This document shows, one piece after another, positions 46,962 to 58,232 of a stretch of DNA of 64,000 bases. Numbering within the stretch: position 1 is the stretch's first letter; each line of letters begins with the position of its first letter. A model generated the notes under the pieces. That model saw only the letters and a program-made list of their open reading frames with translations. It did not search any database and was not told the DNA's origin. The position numbers and the translations under genes are program-made. Origin of the DNA: a virus; the IMG/VR virus record IMGVR_UViG_3300017917_001573, positions 1 to 64,000 of that record; one strand, 5' to 3'.

Positions 46962-49900
46962 ATGAATTGTTTTACTGAATTAGACAGACTAGTTGTTTCA
47001 ATCCAAGTATCAAAAGACCTGAAAGTTAATTTTGGGTCTTTTGATGTTCATATGAAACACATTTATACTACAAAACCATTACCTAAATCAGAAGGTTTAG
47101 AATACTACGAAAAGTATACAGAGTTATATAATTCTGTAGCATCTATGCTAGGTTTAGAATCTAGTTTAAATGTAGATGATGTTGTAGATTGGTACAATAA
47201 AAAACATAATCCTGTTACAGGACAAGGTTTACAATTTCCTTCAAGAGAACACATTAGACGTTCTAAAGACCAAGATGAAGAAAATGTGGGTAAATTTAAA
47301 GAAGGTGATGAAGTATTTTTAATCAAAGATGCAAATGGGAAAGTTGCTTTAGTAGGTAATCCAACTGCGTCTTTGTATAATGTACTTGCTGTATTGTCAG
47401 ATGATGAACTAACATTTCGATTCAAAGCATATACACCACTTACAGTATCTTCTAGTATACTAGAAAACAAGATAAATATTGAAAATGTATTTAATGCTCC
47501 AAAAGCAAAAGTAACTTTAGCAGAACCTGTAAAAACAGTATATGGAAATAATATACAAAATATTGAACCAGATCAAGTACAAGGTTCTTTAAATGCTATT
47601 GCTACAATGTTTGATGACTTAAATGACACTCAAGGAACTATTCCGTTACTAAGTATTGCAACACATTCTAATACAGATGAAGACTTTTTATTGGGTAGAC
47701 CTGTTGTAAAAATGCTCACATTAGATAATAATGGACATTATAAAATGGTTCCATTCCAAGTAGCATTGAACAAAGCGGCATTGTCAACAGATTCTCCTGT
47801 ATACAAGATGATGCAAACATTTTATGATAATGCTGTTATATTAAATAATGCTGGATTTCCAATGGGTTCTATTGAATTTGAAACATTGATTAAAGATGTA
47901 GCAAAATCATTTGTAAATGGAGAAATTTTATCCCAAAAGAAAAATGTACTTGTTTCTAAGTATGGACAAAGTGTATTTGATTCAGCATTGCAACTTGTGC
48001 AATTAACACATGGTCAAGAAAAAACTAAATATAGAAGTACATCTCTTGTAGATTTTTATACTACAGTAGGATTAAACGATAATCAAATACAAAAAAGAAA
48101 AGAACAACTTAAAAATCTGTTTGATGATTTTCAATTAACCGATGAACAAGTTGATCAAATTTTAAATTTGAATGATTTACTTTCAGGTAAAGTATTTGAA
48201 ATTGTATTTGGTATAAAGAATTCTGATTCACCTAGAACTCCAAAAACTAAAACTGTTGAAAAAGATGGTCAAACATATTTGTATACAGATTTGTTAGAAC
48301 AATTCAGAAAAAATATTCAACCATTGTTATCAGTAGAAACATCTGCTGGTGGTAGATATGAATTAAATCGTGTTGGAGATAAACTTGAAGAAAAACAAAA
48401 GATCAAAGGTGTTAGAACACCGCGTACTATTTTTACAAATAGAAACACAATTACCAAATATGAAAACGGTAAAGTTGTAGAATCTTATTATAGTCCACCA
48501 TTAATGAAAAATGGATATGGACCATTGCAAAAAGCTCTTAAACAACTTATTGCTGCAAACCAAGAATCTTTCTCTGGTACTTCAAAAACAGAAGGTACAT
48601 ATGTACATAACTTATTAAAACCTTTTTTTACAACAAGAGGTTCTAATGAAACAAAAGTATTTATTACAAAAGGTTTCTTTACATCAGATGACAATACTAA
48701 AAAACTTTATTTAAAAGGTATATTTAAAACATTACGTGCATTAAGCAAAGACTACAATACTAAAAAATACGATGATTTAGAAGATATGTCTAACCTTGAA
48801 AGTTTAGTAGAAGAGTTGGATATTATCGGTTTAGCAGAAGAAGATTTAGAAATGTTGTCTAATAACTTTAGTACATTCTATAATACAGAAAGACGATTTG
48901 AATCATTAAAAGATTACATTGATGCAGAATTAGAACAAATTCAACAACGTATTGAAAATGATAAAATCAATTTATCTGCATTGGGTAATTTCTTAGATCA
49001 ATCACATATTAATCCATCTACAAAAAGATTTAAAAAAGATGGTGAAAAGAAAGGTTCTTTCATTCGTAGTAATCCTAGATTAGCAGGTGAAATAAATGAT
49101 ACATTTGAAAAACAATATATTGATTTATTATCTTTAGCATATACATACCATACTAATCCTGAATTTAAATCTTTTATGGACAACAATCCTTTTTTAGAAA
49201 CAGGTTTTAAATTAAAAGATGAAACACTTACTAATACTGATCTTTTAGATAAGATAAATAGCATGCACAAAGAAACTGTTATTTCAGAATTTGAAAAATT
49301 AGTATCTTCTAATATAGAAACATCTGGTGTAATTAGAATTGAAAATTCCAAAGTTGATATAGATTTTAATTCAAATAATACTGTAAAAGAAGAATCTGTG
49401 TTAGAAGAACCAGCTCCTTCTACACAAACAGCTCCTGTTTCTACAAATACTAAAGCTGATATAGAAAGGAGAAGACAAGAAAAGTATAATACTCAGTACA
49501 ATAATTTAGTTTCTGGTAATGTATTAGATAATCAAGGAGACCCTGTTTTTGAAGAAGATAAAGGAATAGGAGCTAATGGTTTATTTACTTTAACAGAAAA
49601 AAAATATGGTCATGGTCACGTCAGAACTAGTGGGTTAAATTCTTTAAAGGTTCTTGAAGACTTATTAGAAGGTGCTGAGTTTTCAGGGTGGTTTGGAGAA
49701 ATTGGAGAAGGACCACATTCAACATGGGAGACTGGAAACTTTATAATTGTCTCTAATAATATCTATCCGATTAAAAACGGTAAATTAAACCTAAATGAGG
49801 TTGAGATAATATTAAATGCTGGATTAACTCCTTTTGCTCAAGAGCTTGCAAACAAGTATCCTAATGTAATTATTAAAGATTTTAATGGTAAAAAATATGA

Positions 49901-50162
49901 CGCAGAACTAGATTCTTTAGAAGATACTACTCAACCTACAGATGCTAAAGCTGATATAGAAGGATTTAAAGATTTTGTTAAAAATACTGACAACGTCACA
50001 GAACAAGACAATTCTGATACTGATACAGAAATCAATAGTTCCGAATTTGATGTATCGTATACTGATATTAATGTAACAGATGAGAAAGAACCTAACTCAG
50101 AAATTAAACCAGAAGAAAATAACAATGAACCATTAGATCCTTGTGATGGATTTGGTTTTTAA
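46962..50162 (+). CDS. Giant cargo protein with repeat-bounded insert
   Basis: 1066-aa ORF in cargo cluster. Confidence 0.7.
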   Translation: MNCFTELDRLVVSIQVSKDLKVNFGSFDVHMKHIYTTKPLPKSEGLEYYEKYTELYNSVASMLGLESSLNVDDVVDWYNKKHNPVTGQGLQFPSREHIRRSKDQDEENVGKFKEGDEVFLIKDANGKVALVGNPTASLYNVLAVLSDDELTFRFKAYTPLTVSSSILENKINIENVFNAPKAKVTLAEPVKTVYGNNIQNIEPDQVQGSLNAIATMFDDLNDTQGTIPLLSIATHSNTDEDFLLGRPVVKMLTLDNNGHYKMVPFQVALNKAALSTDSPVYKMMQTFYDNAVILNNAGFPMGSIEFETLIKDVAKSFVNGEILSQKKNVLVSKYGQSVFDSALQLVQLTHGQEKTKYRSTSLVDFYTTVGLNDNQIQKRKEQLKNLFDDFQLTDEQVDQILNLNDLLSGKVFEIVFGIKNSDSPRTPKTKTVEKDGQTYLYTDLLEQFRKNIQPLLSVETSAGGRYELNRVGDKLEEKQKIKGVRTPRTIFTNRNTITKYENGKVVESYYSPPLMKNGYGPLQKALKQLIAANQESFSGTSKTEGTYVHNLLKPFFTTRGSNETKVFITKGFFTSDDNTKKLYLKGIFKTLRALSKDYNTKKYDDLEDMSNLESLVEELDIIGLAEEDLEMLSNNFSTFYNTERRFESLKDYIDAELEQIQQRIENDKINLSALGNFLDQSHINPSTKRFKKDGEKKGSFIRSNPRLAGEINDTFEKQYIDLLSLAYTYHTNPEFKSFMDNNPFLETGFKLKDETLTNTDLLDKINSMHKETVISEFEKLVSSNIETSGVIRIENSKVDIDFNSNNTVKEESVLEEPAPSTQTAPVSTNTKADIERRRQEKYNTQYNNLVSGNVLDNQGDPVFEEDKGIGANGLFTLTEKKYGHGHVRTSGLNSLKVLEDLLEGAEFSGWFGEIGEGPHSTWETGNFIIVSNNIYPIKNGKLNLNEVEIILNAGLTPFAQELANKYPNVIIKDFNGKKYDAELDSLEDTTQPTDAKADIEGFKDFVKNTDNVTEQDNSDTDTEINSSEFDVSYTDINVTDEKEPNSEIKPEENNNEPLDPCDGFGF
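49441..49961 (+). repeat. 26-nt direct repeat (24/26 identical) flanking an in-frame 495-nt unit
   Basis: CTACAAATACTAAAGCTGATATAGAA at 49441 and CTACAGATGCTAAAGCTGATATAGAA at 49936 (KADIE). Confidence 0.85.
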
Positions 50163-50193
50163 TTGTAACTTTGAAAAATATTAATATAACGAT

Positions 50194-53100
50194 ATGAGTT
50201 GTAAAGTAAAATCAATCGAACAAAAATACAGAGATGTTGCACCAAACATTGCAAACGATCTCCAAGACAATTATTCTCAAACACTAGACCTGGTTAAACA
50301 ATCGGGTCTAGTTACATTTGTAGATGGTAAATTTGTAACAAATAAACCTAATGAACTACAAGCATATTTAAGTACATACAATAAAACAGTAGATATTAAA
50401 GATGGTGTAGTATACACCAATCCATTACAGTCTACTATGTTAGAAGGTGGAATGTTAGAATCAGAAGCATTGAAATATGCTAAATCTATTTTACCTAGTT
50501 TGAAAAACAATGAATTATTGTTTGTAACAAGTTTAGCATTAAATGCAAAATTTCATACAGATGCTACTGGAGCATACAAAAATGGTTTAGTATATATTGC
50601 TTCAAACAATGGTGTAGTAGGTAAGTCTGTAATTCGACATGAAGTATTCCATAAAATTTGGAATGAATATTTATCACCTGCTGAAAAAGATTCTTTATTT
50701 AATTACTATAACAAAGACTTTAAAGCAAAAAATCTTTTTGAATTTGAGGAAATGCTTGCAGAAAAATACCAAGATTATGTATCTACAAAGAAACATAAAT
50801 CATCTGTTATTAAAACAATCTTCAATAAAATTCTAAGATTCTTTGGTTTAATTACTGCTAATACAGAATCTATTTCTAAATTCTTTGATCAAGTTGATTC
50901 AGGTGTTTTTAGTATACAAAAAGATGTTGCTGATAATACACCACGCTTTATGAAAAAAGTAGTAGAGAAAATGGGTTCTGTACAACGATATGAATTTGGT
51001 TTAGAACTAGTTAAAAGTTTTGCAACAGAAGCTTTTGGAAAAGGTTTTGCTACTTCTTTTGTAATAGATGGTAAGAATAAATTCTTAAATATTCCATCAT
51101 CAGACATTACAAACTTTCGCCTATACTCCAAAGCTGTCTTAAATCATATTAAAACAAATCCTGCATTTATTCAAAATTCAAAACTTATTGGTTCTGTATT
51201 TGATAATCCTAAGTTTGCTGATTTTAGAGAGTTGGTATTAAAAGATGCAAAAGCGGGTGAAACAAATACGGTATCACAAAAAGATAGTTTATTAGATGCT
51301 GTACAAAAACACTTTGATGAATTGTTTGCAGATGCTTTTGGTATTAAACCAGAAAAACTAAATCTTACAAAAGAAGAACTAGAAGAACTAGAAAATAATT
51401 TGATTGAAAAAGATGAAGAAGAAACTGGTAATCTTTCTCAAGAAATTAAAGATAAAACAAACATTGATGGATTTGAAAATAGTTCTCAACGTATCAAAGT
51501 ATTCTTGAGTACAATAAATGTATTAGACAATGTATTAGACAAGGAATTAGATGATGAATCTAAAGTCAAATACATGAATGCTAAACGTGTATATGCAGCA
51601 TTGGTAACAGCTATGCAGTATACAAACAAATTAGCTAAAAATGAATCATTTGGTACACAACTAGAAAAGAGTATACAAAATGGTAGACAAGGTTCTGATA
51701 AAAAAACTCTTGATGCAGTATTAAAAAAATTAGCTGCTATTGAAAAATCTATTGCAGATAGAAACAAAAGCAATTCTTCACCACTTTATTTTTTTAATGC
51801 AAATGAAGCACTTATTGTAAATAGTATCTATACAGATACAGAGTTGAGCAAAAAACAAAAACTTACTAATAAACTGTATCATTTTGATTTTGGTATGTAT
51901 GACAATTTAGAAATTGTAGATGTATCTAATGATAAATTAAAAGATGGACAGTTTGTTGTAAAAGCATATCACATTGCTACAAATAAAATATACTATGCAT
52001 TATGTGATGGAAAAGTTAGCAAAGAACCTTCTGAATTCAATAAAGCGTTTGTAGAACGTGTTCACAAACTGTTAGTTGAAAAAAAGACACCTCTAGTACA
52101 GAAAGAAAAATCTCTTATTGAATCTATTGTATCTGATTTAACAGGTACTGTAAACAATGATTTGTATACATCATTGACAAGTCATTTCTATTCTATTGTA
52201 GAACGTAACATTGCATTTATTAAATCTAAGTCTGAGTTTGAAAAGAAACAAATTCTTACAGATGAAGATGGTGAACCAATTGATATTGACATTGATGATA
52301 TTGATGAAAATACACCTGTTGAAAAACAAAGACCTATACGAACTGGTAAAATTATAAAGTCTACTGGTTCTGCTGATATTCCAATTCAAGCTGCAAAGTT
52401 TGTTAATGATTTAAATGCTGCAATATTAGAACCACAAAACGGTTTAAAAAATGCAGAGATATTATTGAATGCATTAAAAACAGAATATAAAGAATCTGAT
52501 AAACAAGCATTTTCTTTGTATAAAGCAGGTGTAATTGCAGCGTTTACAAATGCTAAATTAAAAAAATCTTATGCTGACGCGTACTTCAAAGCTATTGAAA
52601 GAAAAGATGCCAACTCTTTTACAAAAGGTGATTTAATTGAATTTTTAACACTTGTTTCAAAATTTGATAAAAATAAAGGCACACTTGATCAATACATTAA
52701 TAATGATGAATTAAGTAAAAAGATTTCTACTCCAGCAAATGAAATTGCAAGAAGTATTGTAAGTGGTTTTGATATTCCAAATGCAGTAAGTAAAACGATT
52801 GGTGGTAAAAAACAATACAAATTTGTTCGTTCTAATACTATCATGCGTAATCTAAAACAATTAGAATCGTATGGTAATAATCGTGTATACTCTAAGAATG
52901 ATGTAAATGCTGAGAATGTATTACCTGCTTGGGCAAGTAACACAAATAATTCATACTCCGTAAACCCATATGTTGATCCTACTACAAAATCAGATTTTAA
53001 AATTACAGAACATTTTTTAGTAGGTGGAGATGAATATAAGAATGCAAATGGATATGTTAATACTACTCCCTGGGCAAATTTAACTACTAAACAAAGACAT

Positions 53101-56100
53101 ATTCAAGTTCTTCAATACGCATGGGGACATGGTAAATTTAAAGAAGACGCACACCATATCTTTTTACCTCAACAAGGTGATGCTACAACAGCATATGTAG
53201 CACAAGTTCCTCTTACGTTTAATACACGTCTTGCATTAGAAAGAACTCTAATGATGCAAGCTAAAAAACTTACTAAAGAAGAACAGATTGAAAAACTAGG
53301 TTATTCACTAAAAAAATATAATTTCAATGACATTGTTGATTTTGAATTGATGGATGAAGCAGTAAAGAAAGTAACATCTAAAATCAAAAATCAAACATTT
53401 ACATCAATGACTGAAAGATGTAGATTTCTTTTGGATCCAGCTAATAAAAATCTTTTAGATGAACTAGAAAAAGAATTTGAAAAACTTATTCTTAAAGAAG
53501 TAGATAAAGAAATTCAGTTTATTGCACAAAACAAATATCATTTTACAGATAACTTTTTTGGAAATGATGTATTTGCTACACAAGTAAAAAATGCAAAAAC
53601 TCCAGAAGAAGCAGCCAACATTTTAAGTAAAGATGTTGACTTTTTGCGTGTTATTAAAAAAATTCTATATTCGCATTCATACAATGGATATTTCATCAAT
53701 CAATATTTGAATGGTGATTCAGAAACATATGGTGATGCTGCTGGTACATTAAAACGTAGAGATAGTAATGGTTCACCAAAAGAAAGTATGCGTATTTCAA
53801 ATGGTACAGCCGTAAATACAACTGGGGCAAGAGTTAAATTTAGAGCAGCTGTTGTAAAAGATATAAATATTTTTGGGAACCTAGAAGATGTGGCAGAGAA
53901 AGAAGAAAAAGAGGGAAAAGAATTAGACCCAAATCTAAAGAAATGGACTTCTGAAATGTTGCTAAATGAATTAGGTTTTACTAAAGAATCAGATCCAGAT
54001 TTGTTTAATGAATGGGAAGGTGATTACAAACCATCTGATGGTCAAGGTATTCACATTAAACGTAGAAACAATGAAATTAGAAGAAACTATGGTACTGAAA
54101 CAAATTATGGTAGAATTCTAAAACCTTTGATCAATGATAGATACACCAGAAATGGATTTGAAACTCCCTTTATTGGAAAGTATTCTAGTATCCTACTAGA
54201 TGAAAGTGTTGCTAAAGTTTCTCCAATTGCTAAACAGATTATGGATTGGATGGAAAAACACAACATTGATGAACTATTATTTGATAGTGCTATCAAATGT
54301 GGTCAAATGGATTCTCAGTATCAGATAGATTTGAATGATATTCTAAACGACACTGTACCACAATCACATATGGATAGTGCTATTGTTGAACTTAACAATG
54401 ATGCATACGGATTGCAATTAGATCCTATTTCTACTGCTACAAAAGTTACATATCCATCGCAACTATTTTATTTCCCACGTATTACACAAGATTTAAAAGA
54501 ATTTAAAACTGGTGTTAATCCCATTGATATGTATCAGTATATGGCTGATCTAATTGATTTTAGAAAAAGTGTAGATGATAGAAAAACTAAGTTTGGAGAT
54601 AAATACAATAGAACAGTATTGTTGAATAAAATCAAAGGTCAATTAGATGCTAAAAATCTAATGGGTAACGACTTACTTCAAGATTTATTGAATGCATTTG
54701 TTAAACAGAAAAAAGGAAATATTGCATTTAACTTACCAGTATTCTCTGAATTCTTAGAAAATGCGATTCTTGGAGGTAGATATAAAAATGTAGTACAAAC
54801 CAAATTCAAAGGTAAAAAGAACGTTCTAGTTTCTTCTGTACTAACAAACAACTATGGTTATAAATTTGATGAAAATACTGAATCTAAAATACCTAATCTA
54901 AAAACTTACAAAAATGATAAAGGTGAAATTGTATCACAAGCTGTTGTTCCAAAAGGAAAGTACATAACTAAGTCAGATGGAAAAAAGGTATGGAAAGGTT
55001 TGATTCCAGAAGAAGTACAAAACAAAATGATTGCTAATCAAAAAGCAGGTAAAGACATTTTAGATGGTGTTACTGAACAATTTATTTTGTTCGGTTTCCG
55101 TATTCCTTCAACTGGTATCCACTCTGCATTACCATTAGAAATTGTAGGTTTTTATGATGATAAAGGTACAAATGGTATTATTGTTCCACCAGATGTAGTA
55201 CAGAAACATGGATCTGACTTTGACGTAGATAGCTTGTTTACTATTGCATTGGATGAATTTCAAGAAGATTTCAAGGTTGGAGATACTACATACAGAAAAA
55301 ATACTGTAGTTGGTGAGAATGGTTCTTTAGAAGATATGTTGAAAGAGTATGCTGAGAAACCTACTTCAGAATTAGAAGAGTATATTACAAAAGCATATCA
55401 GAACAAGATTGCATCAGAAATGAAAAAAATCTTTGTTCATAAACACAATGCTCACATGATGACTACTACCATTAATATGCAACCATACAAAGATGTTATT
55501 GAAAGATTGTATGGTAAAAAACAAAAGATCACAGATCCATCTACTATTAATGGTATGTTGAAACAAGTTGAAGTAGCAATGGCTGGTGTAACAGGTACAG
55601 GTATTTCTGCATCTGCATTAAAATTCTTAGGTTACATTTATGAAGCTGGAGAAAATGGTATTCCTAAATTTAATCCTAAAGTATTGGAAACTATTTCTTT
55701 TGTATCTAATGGTCAAACAAAAGTTATTGATCAAGTAACTATTGACAGAGATGCTGTAAAAGAATTGGATGGTCTAGTAAACTTGAACATTGATAACATT
55801 AAAGAGTTAGGTCTAGATGCATTGAATTTGGATACTAATACTATTACATTGTTTATTGCAATGAGAATGGTAGGTTTAGATTTGAATCAATCTTCTAAAA
55901 TCATGACTTCTAAATTAATGCGTTATCTCCGAGATAACAATTTAAAAGTCAATACCGATATGTTAGTTACATTTGGAATAACGGAAGAAGCTTTTTCAGA
56001 TAAAAATATTAAACTTGATTTAGATGCATTGTTTGATCCTAAAAACAAAAAACTGTTTAATACAGATTTTAACTGGTCTGGATCTGAATATGATTATTCT

Positions 56101-58227
56101 GAATTTACAGATGCACAAAAGGAATTAACTAAACAATTACTTGTATTCTTGTATAGAATGAGTCAGGTTTCTAATATGGCACTTGAAGTAAATACATTAA
56201 TTGATGCTGTAGCTAAACCTAGAACAACAGTTGAGCAAGCAGAAAATCTAATTGATATATACAACAAATTGAATGATGAAAAAGGAACACTTCCAGAAGA
56301 TTATTCTTTTATTGCACAATTAGAACCACATTTACAAGAACTACTTAAAGAACAAGAATCTACAACTGTTTCTAATACATACATTTTTGATATTCCAAAT
56401 TTCTTTAAAGTAAACCCACATATCAAAGCTGCTGCAAAATCTGTTATTGCAGAATATGATTTTATGTCTAGAAACTTTCCATTCTATTCTTCTAAAATTA
56501 AACAGTTTATTATTGATAATCCAATACTAAGAAAAGTTAGACTTTCTGAAATTCAAACAGATGATAGAATGTTAAAAAGACAAGAGCTTATAAAATTTGT
56601 AATGTCTGCATTTTCTAAATCAAAACAAGTTAAACCTGTATACATCAATAAGACATTGTTTTCTGGTACAGATGCTTTTTACAACATGAGTGCTAAACGT
56701 TTAAAAGCCGCTAAAGAAATACTAAAAGACAATTACTTTTTAAAAGTAATCAATCCTACTTCAAAAGGTATTTTTAAATTAGAATCTAAATTAGCTGAAT
56801 TGTACAACCAAAATGCAATTAAAGAATCTTTTGATGAATTGAGATACCTTAAAGAAGAAATTCAAATTATTCCATATGAAACAAGTATTCAATTAGAAAA
56901 AGAATTAGCTGATTACAATGTTACTGCTGAACTTAAAAAAACACTTATTGAGTATGCTAAAGAAAAAGGTGTATTGGAAACTGTAGACAATATGAACGAT
57001 ATTCAAGAAGGGTATAGAATATTGAATTATACATTTACAAAAATGGATACGTATCAAGAAAATTCATATGCTGATATTATTTTTGAACAAGTTCTTTTAG
57101 ATGATGGTTTAACTAACACTTCTCAATCGTTGACTAGATATATTTCAGATGATATTATGATGAAGTATGCAAAGAATTTTACATCCTTGTTGTCTATAAT
57201 GAACTCTGCAAACGTAGATCATATGTTGGAAGATTTTACATTAGAATTTATGGTTAAACATAAAAACTTATATACAAATCTTAATTTGAGATCATTAGAA
57301 AAAACAAAAACACAATATGTATACGATGATAGTAAGCATCCTAAAGCACTACAAGTACATAGTGGTATGCATTCAGAATTGGGTTTTTATGATGCTAGTT
57401 TTCCAATAAAAGATAAAAATGATGTTAGACTTAATACAGCTAAAAAACTTATTGAGTATGATGGTGCTATTATGAAATTAATTGGACAAGAAGGTGGAAC
57501 ATTGTATTATAGAAAAATTGCTACTTTACCAAAAGGAGAAAATAGAAAGATGTCTTATTCAATGAATGATAAAATGATTTCATATCAACGTTTGATTAAC
57601 ATGGCAGATGAATTATATCTATCCGCCAATGTTGATCCAGAAATGTTTGAGATAGAAGAAAAACTTGCTAATTTATCAGACTATGTTAAAGAAGCTTTTG
57701 ATACTAAACAAATTGATGAAACAAACAACTATTACAAAGCACTAAAGCATTTTGTACAAAATGTGGTTGGAACTAAATTCTCAAACAAAGATACTGTATT
57801 AAACGTATTGAAAAGTGACATTAAGTATACACCAATTGATATTATTGAGTTTGCTAAAGATAAACCTATTATTCCTGTAAAAGAGAATAAAACTACTATT
57901 AAAATAATTAGTACAGAACGACCTGACGATAAAACTAGTGTACAGTTGTTTAACCAATTACGTATTCAATCAAAAGATTTTACATTGTTTAGAGATCCTA
58001 ACATTCAAGGTGGTTATTTAGTGACACATCTAATTAGCGATATTGGAATTAAAAACCCAACTCTTTACGAATATCATATTACAGAATTGGATGTAAAAGG
58101 TGTAACTTTGGAATTGACTCCTGTTAATAGCACAACAGATACATTTAACTTTTCAAATATAGATAAAGTAACTGATATGCTAAACGGAGACAAAGAAACT
58201 ACAATTAAACCATCTTGTAAACTATAA
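50194..58227 (+). CDS. Virion RNA polymerase (two-barrel, crAss-type) with N-terminal zincin domain
   Basis: SDGQG, FRIPSTG and GSDFDVD (55210-55230) catalytic motifs; RHEVFH at 50635-50652. Confidence 0.92.
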   Translation: MSCKVKSIEQKYRDVAPNIANDLQDNYSQTLDLVKQSGLVTFVDGKFVTNKPNELQAYLSTYNKTVDIKDGVVYTNPLQSTMLEGGMLESEALKYAKSILPSLKNNELLFVTSLALNAKFHTDATGAYKNGLVYIASNNGVVGKSVIRHEVFHKIWNEYLSPAEKDSLFNYYNKDFKAKNLFEFEEMLAEKYQDYVSTKKHKSSVIKTIFNKILRFFGLITANTESISKFFDQVDSGVFSIQKDVADNTPRFMKKVVEKMGSVQRYEFGLELVKSFATEAFGKGFATSFVIDGKNKFLNIPSSDITNFRLYSKAVLNHIKTNPAFIQNSKLIGSVFDNPKFADFRELVLKDAKAGETNTVSQKDSLLDAVQKHFDELFADAFGIKPEKLNLTKEELEELENNLIEKDEEETGNLSQEIKDKTNIDGFENSSQRIKVFLSTINVLDNVLDKELDDESKVKYMNAKRVYAALVTAMQYTNKLAKNESFGTQLEKSIQNGRQGSDKKTLDAVLKKLAAIEKSIADRNKSNSSPLYFFNANEALIVNSIYTDTELSKKQKLTNKLYHFDFGMYDNLEIVDVSNDKLKDGQFVVKAYHIATNKIYYALCDGKVSKEPSEFNKAFVERVHKLLVEKKTPLVQKEKSLIESIVSDLTGTVNNDLYTSLTSHFYSIVERNIAFIKSKSEFEKKQILTDEDGEPIDIDIDDIDENTPVEKQRPIRTGKIIKSTGSADIPIQAAKFVNDLNAAILEPQNGLKNAEILLNALKTEYKESDKQAFSLYKAGVIAAFTNAKLKKSYADAYFKAIERKDANSFTKGDLIEFLTLVSKFDKNKGTLDQYINNDELSKKISTPANEIARSIVSGFDIPNAVSKTIGGKKQYKFVRSNTIMRNLKQLESYGNNRVYSKNDVNAENVLPAWASNTNNSYSVNPYVDPTTKSDFKITEHFLVGGDEYKNANGYVNTTPWANLTTKQRHIQVLQYAWGHGKFKEDAHHIFLPQQGDATTAYVAQVPLTFNTRLALERTLMMQAKKLTKEEQIEKLGYSLKKYNFNDIVDFELMDEAVKKVTSKIKNQTFTSMTERCRFLLDPANKNLLDELEKEFEKLILKEVDKEIQFIAQNKYHFTDNFFGNDVFATQVKNAKTPEEAANILSKDVDFLRVIKKILYSHSYNGYFINQYLNGDSETYGDAAGTLKRRDSNGSPKESMRISNGTAVNTTGARVKFRAAVVKDINIFGNLEDVAEKEEKEGKELDPNLKKWTSEMLLNELGFTKESDPDLFNEWEGDYKPSDGQGIHIKRRNNEIRRNYGTETNYGRILKPLINDRYTRNGFETPFIGKYSSILLDESVAKVSPIAKQIMDWMEKHNIDELLFDSAIKCGQMDSQYQIDLNDILNDTVPQSHMDSAIVELNNDAYGLQLDPISTATKVTYPSQLFYFPRITQDLKEFKTGVNPIDMYQYMADLIDFRKSVDDRKTKFGDKYNRTVLLNKIKGQLDAKNLMGNDLLQDLLNAFVKQKKGNIAFNLPVFSEFLENAILGGRYKNVVQTKFKGKKNVLVSSVLTNNYGYKFDENTESKIPNLKTYKNDKGEIVSQAVVPKGKYITKSDGKKVWKGLIPEEVQNKMIANQKAGKDILDGVTEQFILFGFRIPSTGIHSALPLEIVGFYDDKGTNGIIVPPDVVQKHGSDFDVDSLFTIALDEFQEDFKVGDTTYRKNTVVGENGSLEDMLKEYAEKPTSELEEYITKAYQNKIASEMKKIFVHKHNAHMMTTTINMQPYKDVIERLYGKKQKITDPSTINGMLKQVEVAMAGVTGTGISASALKFLGYIYEAGENGIPKFNPKVLETISFVSNGQTKVIDQVTIDRDAVKELDGLVNLNIDNIKELGLDALNLDTNTITLFIAMRMVGLDLNQSSKIMTSKLMRYLRDNNLKVNTDMLVTFGITEEAFSDKNIKLDLDALFDPKNKKLFNTDFNWSGSEYDYSEFTDAQKELTKQLLVFLYRMSQVSNMALEVNTLIDAVAKPRTTVEQAENLIDIYNKLNDEKGTLPEDYSFIAQLEPHLQELLKEQESTTVSNTYIFDIPNFFKVNPHIKAAAKSVIAEYDFMSRNFPFYSSKIKQFIIDNPILRKVRLSEIQTDDRMLKRQELIKFVMSAFSKSKQVKPVYINKTLFSGTDAFYNMSAKRLKAAKEILKDNYFLKVINPTSKGIFKLESKLAELYNQNAIKESFDELRYLKEEIQIIPYETSIQLEKELADYNVTAELKKTLIEYAKEKGVLETVDNMNDIQEGYRILNYTFTKMDTYQENSYADIIFEQVLLDDGLTNTSQSLTRYISDDIMMKYAKNFTSLLSIMNSANVDHMLEDFTLEFMVKHKNLYTNLNLRSLEKTKTQYVYDDSKHPKALQVHSGMHSELGFYDASFPIKDKNDVRLNTAKKLIEYDGAIMKLIGQEGGTLYYRKIATLPKGENRKMSYSMNDKMISYQRLINMADELYLSANVDPEMFEIEEKLANLSDYVKEAFDTKQIDETNNYYKALKHFVQNVVGTKFSNKDTVLNVLKSDIKYTPIDIIEFAKDKPIIPVKENKTTIKIISTERPDDKTSVQLFNQLRIQSKDFTLFRDPNIQGGYLVTHLISDIGIKNPTLYEYHITELDVKGVTLELTPVNSTTDTFNFSNIDKVTDMLNGDKETTIKPSCKL

Positions 58228-58232
58228 CAATT

